A stretch of 64,000 nt of DNA from Candidatus Latescibacterota bacterium. GTDB taxonomy: Bacteria > Latescibacterota > UBA2968. The notes beneath the pieces are model-generated. The model searched no databases. It saw only the letters and a program-made list of their open reading frames with translations, and was not told where the DNA came from. Location: contig OZ244960.1 in NCBI GenBank assembly GCA_965222605.1, forward strand, positions 3,456,001-3,520,000, read 5' to 3'. Positions 59,502 to 64,000 of the stretch are shown here, piece after piece. The translations under genes were made by a program, and so were the position numbers. Position 1 is the first letter of the stretch. Every line of letters starts with the position of its first letter.

Positions 59502-61619
59502 ATGAAACGTTTTGTATTTGTGCTGATGGCTATGCTGATGGCTGGCAGTGCTTATGCACAGGGTCACGAGATCGGCACCCTGTGGAGCTCGGGTCGTCTG
59601 ATTTGGCCCGGCGGTCTCGAAACAGGTCTTACCGATCCGGATATCGGTTATCGCGTTGGAAATTCGGGTTTTGCCGTGGTAGGGCTATATTCGAAGTTTA
59701 ATGTGCCCGGTTATTACGAAGGCGGCCAACATCTGGTAAATACCACGCAAAGCCCCTGGTGCAATGACCTGCTGGACGACCTCGCTGATTTTTCGTCTTC
59801 GAAGTTGGGGGGCACAGAGACGCGATTGAACAAGCCCAATCCGAAGTTTTTTCGCATCAATCCACCAACGTTGATTCAGGATGGCAAAGAGATATTGAAT
59901 CCCAATTGGCGTTTGTTCCCCGAAGACGACGATGCCGTGCGGTCGGACCTGGGGGCTGATCTTATGATCAGCAGCACGCTTGTAAACTCCGAAGGCTTGC
60001 GCATTGTGCGCGAGACGTATTCGTGGGCAAACCAGGACGCCGACGATATGATCTTTGAAGTTACGACGATTACGTATCCGGAAAATCCGCATGTGGTTGA
60101 TCTCAGAGCAGGCGAGCGCGGCATTGCTGCAAGCCCGGAAACGGCGCAGAAAAACCCGTCTTATGACAATTTCCACGTTGGGTTGAACTACTATTTGCAG
60201 CGCGGTGGTTCAGGTCCTGCTGGTGGCGCGCATATCACTATTAATCCCGAAGATGGAGGTCGCGCTTACGATGCTGGCTTGCTCGCTGGCGGTATATGGG
60301 ATGAGGTGAATTACTGGGATGATGATGAAAAGCTGCTCTATATCCACGATGGCGACGACAGCGATAAGTTGGGGTATCGCCCCGATGGCGATGACCGCGG
60401 CGAACCTGCGCCCGCTACTGGCGATTTGCTCGATGGGGTGCGCGCTGCCAATATCAGTTCGGGTGAGTTTATGGAATCGCACTACAAAGGGCGCGTGTTT
60501 TTGCACGTGGATAAGACGCCGACAAACGATCCCAATGTGTTGAGTGAGAACTGGCTGGAAGACATGTCTGATCCCGAAAATGCACAGCCGCGTCAGGTGC
60601 GCTGGGTGCCGGGTGAAGTGTGGACGAGCACGCGCACAGCTAATCGCAAGACCGTGCATGATTTTTATGTGCAGCCGGGTACAACACGCGATGAACGGAT
60701 TTCAGATTCCGATCCCGACCAGCCAGGGTATGTGACGACAGAGCAGATCTATCAGTGGCTGACGACATTTGGCCCCTGGGACTTGAAGCTCGGTCAAAGC
60801 ATTCACATTGTATCGGCAGTGATTGTCGCTGGTCCGTCTGAAGCAGAGAACAAGCGCGTGGGTAAGGCATGGGCAGATGGCACAATTGGTTTTGTTCAAA
60901 AAGAAGCTTTCCTCGACAGTGGGTTAGATTCGTTGAAGGCGACTGTGGCAGTTGCGCGTCAAGCCTGGGCAAATCGCACGGGCACGATGCCCCGATTGCC
61001 CGCTGCGCCCAATTGGCCTGCTTCGGTCACGCTGACCTCTGGTCCCGATCGCAACGAGTTGAGTTGGGATGCTGTTTCTGGTGCGGTCAAGTATAATGTG
61101 TATCGCTACGCGGGTCGTCATACAGAAGTGCCCGAACTGATTGGATCACCAACGGGCACCACCTTTAACGATGAGACTTCGATTCGCGGTACGAGATATT
61201 ATTATTCCGTGACAGCCGTTGATGCCAATGGCCTGGAGAGCAGTCGGTTTGCCTCGCGCACCGAAGCAGAGGGTGTGAGTCCCTTCCGCGGTCCTGCCAA
61301 TGACATTACGCAGGTTCGCATTGTGCCCAATCCATATCAGGTGCAGGGCGGGCAACTCGACGATGGGGGTTATAACTATCAGGGTCAGCCCCACAAGCTC
61401 CAGTTTGTGAATCTGCCGGGACAGGCTGTTATCCACATTTTCACCATTACCGGTGATCTCGTGACGCGCCTTGACCACACTTCTGGCTCTGGCGATGAGT
61501 CATGGGATTTGATGACTTCGGATAACAACCAGTTTCTGGTCAGTGGGATCTACTTTGCTCATATTGAAGATACGGCAACTGGTGCCAAGCACATCGAACG
61601 CTTTGTCGTGGTCAGGTAA
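59502..61619 (+). CDS. Secreted protein with FN3 and T9SS-CTD/FlgD-like C-terminal domain
   Basis: Signal peptide. LSWDAVSGAVKYNVYR...YYYSVTAVD. VRIVPNPY...FVNLPG.AVIHIFTITGDLV...SGIYFAHI..FVVVR. Confidence 0.78.
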   Translation: MKRFVFVLMAMLMAGSAYAQGHEIGTLWSSGRLIWPGGLETGLTDPDIGYRVGNSGFAVVGLYSKFNVPGYYEGGQHLVNTTQSPWCNDLLDDLADFSSSKLGGTETRLNKPNPKFFRINPPTLIQDGKEILNPNWRLFPEDDDAVRSDLGADLMISSTLVNSEGLRIVRETYSWANQDADDMIFEVTTITYPENPHVVDLRAGERGIAASPETAQKNPSYDNFHVGLNYYLQRGGSGPAGGAHITINPEDGGRAYDAGLLAGGIWDEVNYWDDDEKLLYIHDGDDSDKLGYRPDGDDRGEPAPATGDLLDGVRAANISSGEFMESHYKGRVFLHVDKTPTNDPNVLSENWLEDMSDPENAQPRQVRWVPGEVWTSTRTANRKTVHDFYVQPGTTRDERISDSDPDQPGYVTTEQIYQWLTTFGPWDLKLGQSIHIVSAVIVAGPSEAENKRVGKAWADGTIGFVQKEAFLDSGLDSLKATVAVARQAWANRTGTMPRLPAAPNWPASVTLTSGPDRNELSWDAVSGAVKYNVYRYAGRHTEVPELIGSPTGTTFNDETSIRGTRYYYSVTAVDANGLESSRFASRTEAEGVSPFRGPANDITQVRIVPNPYQVQGGQLDDGGYNYQGQPHKLQFVNLPGQAVIHIFTITGDLVTRLDHTSGSGDESWDLMTSDNNQFLVSGIYFAHIEDTATGAKHIERFVVVR

Positions 61620-61677
61620 GAGAGCTTCCAGCAGTCAGCAGTTAGAGTTGACTTGCTTTTGATCAAGGAGATAAGTT

Positions 61678-62760
61678 GTGAAATACACAAAACTGGCCCT
61701 CATGATGCTCGCGCTGTCTTTGGGGCTTCTGGCCACAACAGCACAAGCGCAGCTGCGTGTACCAGATAAAATTTTGCCAGAGAATCACGAAGAGAATAAT
61801 CCCGTATTTATCAAAGTTGCTCAGGCTGGCTTTACATTTTTGAAGCTGCCGACCAATGCGCGTTCAGCAGCCCTTGCAGGTTCGGGTACAGGTATAATCG
61901 GTTCTGCGTCTGGCGTGTTTACCAATCCTGCAACGCTGGCGTTTTTCGATGGTCGTGAGGCATTTTTTACTTATGTTTCATGGATTGCCGATACCAAAAG
62001 CCAGGTCGCTGGTGCTGCTTTCAATATTCCAGGCCGCGGTACCTTTGGTGTGGGATTTGTGACTTATGATGCCGGTACGTTCAATGGCACAGCCATTGAT
62101 CCAAACCCCGCAGGTGCGGGGTTTACAGAGACGGGGACGTTCACAACGTCTAACTACGCGCTCTCTGCGGCTTATGGCATGAAGATTACCGATCGTTTTT
62201 CGGTGGGTGCCAATGTGAAGATTGCCAGTCAAAATTTGGGCACTGGCAGTGTGTTGATCGGTGGTAATCGCACAACTGTCGATAATTCCAAGACAGCATT
62301 TGCTGTGGATCTGGGTACGTATTTCAATACGGGCTTCCGCAATACGATTCTGGCGATGACGGTGCAAAACTACAGCTTTGAACAAACCTATCAGCGCGAG
62401 GCATTTGAGTTGCCGCGCAATATTCGTTTGGGGCTGCTGGTGGATGTGTTGTCCCTGTCGGGCAGTATCCCGGTTCCCCATCACCTGGATCTGGCATTGG
62501 ATGTGACGAATCCCGTGGATTTTGACGAGCAGGTCCTGGTTGGTCTGGAATACACATTTCAAGCCGCCGGTAGTCCGATTGGCTTTTCTGGTCGTGCGGG
62601 TTATAAGACCAATCACGATACAGAGAGCTATGCCTTTGGCGGTGGTCTGAAGTATTTGACGGAAACCGGCAGGGGTGTTAAGCTCGATTATGCCTTTAAG
62701 GCATTTGACAGCAATTTCTTCTCTTCTGTACATGTGATTTCAGGGGCTATTGATTTTTAG
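61678..62760 (+). CDS. PorV/PorQ-family outer-membrane beta-barrel
   Basis: AQAGFTFLKLPTNARSAALA...FTNPATLA, GRAGY, LDYAF, terminal F. Confidence 0.85.
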   Translation: MKYTKLALMMLALSLGLLATTAQAQLRVPDKILPENHEENNPVFIKVAQAGFTFLKLPTNARSAALAGSGTGIIGSASGVFTNPATLAFFDGREAFFTYVSWIADTKSQVAGAAFNIPGRGTFGVGFVTYDAGTFNGTAIDPNPAGAGFTETGTFTTSNYALSAAYGMKITDRFSVGANVKIASQNLGTGSVLIGGNRTTVDNSKTAFAVDLGTYFNTGFRNTILAMTVQNYSFEQTYQREAFELPRNIRLGLLVDVLSLSGSIPVPHHLDLALDVTNPVDFDEQVLVGLEYTFQAAGSPIGFSGRAGYKTNHDTESYAFGGGLKYLTETGRGVKLDYAFKAFDSNFFSSVHVISGAIDF

Positions 62761-62805
62761 TCGCTGAAATACAGGTTTGAAGATTAGAACCCCGATGCTA
62801 AAATA

Positions 62806-62842
62806 AACGGCGGAGAGACGCAATGTCCTTCCGCCGTTTTTT
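62806..62842 (+). terminator. Intrinsic terminator of the TBDR-PorV operon
   Basis: AAACGGCGGA...TCCGCCGTTTTTT. Confidence 0.75.
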
Positions 62843-62848
62843 CATGGC

Positions 62849-62877
62849 TTGACAGGTATGCGGGTAAGGGGTATTGT
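62849..62877 (+). promoter_or_regulatory. Putative sigma70 promoter
   Basis: TTGACA-17 bp-TATTGT upstream of the RBS and ATG 62921. Confidence 0.6.
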
Positions 62878-62920
62878 ATCTGCCTTTGCTTTACGCCGGG
62901 GTTTTTCAGGAGAGGGATGT

Positions 62921-64000
62921 ATGTTGAATACTTTTTTAATCGCGCTTTGCCTCTTTTTGGCGGTTGCGTCTGCTTATGGCGCAACGGTATTGCTCGAGGA
63001 TGGTACGGTGTTAAAGGGCGAGATTGTGTCGGAATCTGAGTCCGAGGTGGTGATCAAGACGCCGATGGGCGAACTCCGGGTAGAAAAGGCGCTGATAAAA
63101 ATGATAGAGCGGCCTTCGCGCAATATTACTGTGTTGCTCGAGGATGGCACGGTGTTGAAGGGTGAGATGGTATTGGAATCAGAGTCAGAGGTGGTGCTTA
63201 AGACTTTGATCGGCGAGCTTCGGGTAGAGCGGGTACACATCAAAATTTTAGAGCGAGAAAGAGAAGTGGAGGAGGGAGAGGCGGGTCAGCAGGTCGAGGC
63301 AGAATTGCAGGCGAGTTTCGGCGAGTTTGAAGATCAGGTGGCGGGTTTGATTTTGGCGGAGGTAGCCAGTGCGGATACGGCCGCTTTTTACAAGGCATTG
63401 GACCGGAAGGCGAAGGGTCTGTTTTTGGCGCGGTTCTGGCAGGGGCGCAATCTGCTGGTGCTGAAGTATTATTACGGTTACCACTTTGGGCGTCGTTATG
63501 TGACGGTGTCAGATGCGTATTTTGAGCGGGGAGATTTGATTCCGAAGAAGTATATCACGCGGGCGCAGGCTCCAGATGAGAAGCTGGTGACGGAGGCTGC
63601 CCGTATTTGTGACCGGATGCTGATTTTACATCCGAATGATGTGGTGGCGATGTGCGCGCTGGGCTATCTGCGACTGGAGCAAGACGATGTGAAGGAGGCA
63701 GAAAAACTGTTCTTAAAGGCGATTAAGAAGCAGAAGAAGTTTGTGGAGGCGCGCAATGGGCGGGCGCTGGCGGCATTGAAGATGCCGGGCCAGAAGTCGC
63801 GGGCACTGAGGTTGTTCCGCGAGGCCTGTGCGATGGATAAAGCATATCCGGCGGCACACTACAATCTGGGGATGTGCCATCTGGCGATGGTGGGGATGGA
63901 TCGGGTGGATCTGGATTATTATTTTGGGAATGTGGTAGAGCTTTTTCCGGATCACTATGACGCATATTTCAAGCTGGGCGTATTTTACGAGTCGCTGCGC
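62921..64000 (+). CDS. Secreted TPR protein, probably GWxTD-type; runs off the window and is absent from the ORF track
   Basis: Read manually: MLNTFLIALCLFLAVASAYGA, two TVLLEDGTVLKGE..SESEVV.KT..GELRVE repeats, FLARFWQGRN (cf. FLYGFWMDRN in 51072..54536), then TPR-like helices. Confidence 0.8.
   Translation, partial: MLNTFLIALCLFLAVASAYGATVLLEDGTVLKGEIVSESESEVVIKTPMGELRVEKALIKMIERPSRNITVLLEDGTVLKGEMVLESESEVVLKTLIGELRVERVHIKILEREREVEEGEAGQQVEAELQASFGEFEDQVAGLILAEVASADTAAFYKALDRKAKGLFLARFWQGRNLLVLKYYYGYHFGRRYVTVSDAYFERGDLIPKKYITRAQAPDEKLVTEAARICDRMLILHPNDVVAMCALGYLRLEQDDVKEAEKLFLKAIKKQKKFVEARNGRALAALKMPGQKSRALRLFREACAMDKAYPAAHYNLGMCHLAMVGMDRVDLDYYFGNVVELFPDHYDAYFKLGVFYESLR

Overview
Bacterial accessory and cell-envelope region. 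The PorV/PorQ, GWxTD, DUF6785-like and dockerin-like content suggests an FCB-group organism such as Latescibacterota or Gemmatimonadota, but this is inference. (1) 36-18911: a giant secreted SwmB-8xFN3-Ig-Vps62-like-Ig-dockerin gene. It is followed by a ~13 kb tandem array in which eight start-less copies of its own 3' end alternate with nine variable secreted or membrane genes of two families. One copy carries a 195-bp MITE. (2) An MNT-HEPN toxin-antitoxin pair. (3) 19861-46745, minus strand: two tandem copies of an OMP / TonB-dependent receptor / secreted CTD protein / PorV-like / DUF6785-like transporter operon with a TPR-GWxTD gene between them. The region is hit by an ISKra4 and an IS66 element, and both copies share a promoter and leader. 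(4) A DUF1552 + DUF1592 cytochrome c pair and a TPR-GWxTD gene. (5) 54630-64000: a Cre-like tyrosine recombinase divergent from a third TBDR / CTD protein / PorV operon. Between them lie a perfect 34-bp loxP-shaped palindrome and an inverted partner site with the same spacer, flanking a ~270-bp segment that holds a near-consensus sigma70 promoter. This is a candidate Cre/lox-type invertible promoter switch. The switch and the cassette array are the strongest candidates for undescribed systems. No rRNA, tRNA or CRISPR array was seen. All family assignments come from motif recognition by eye, not database searches.
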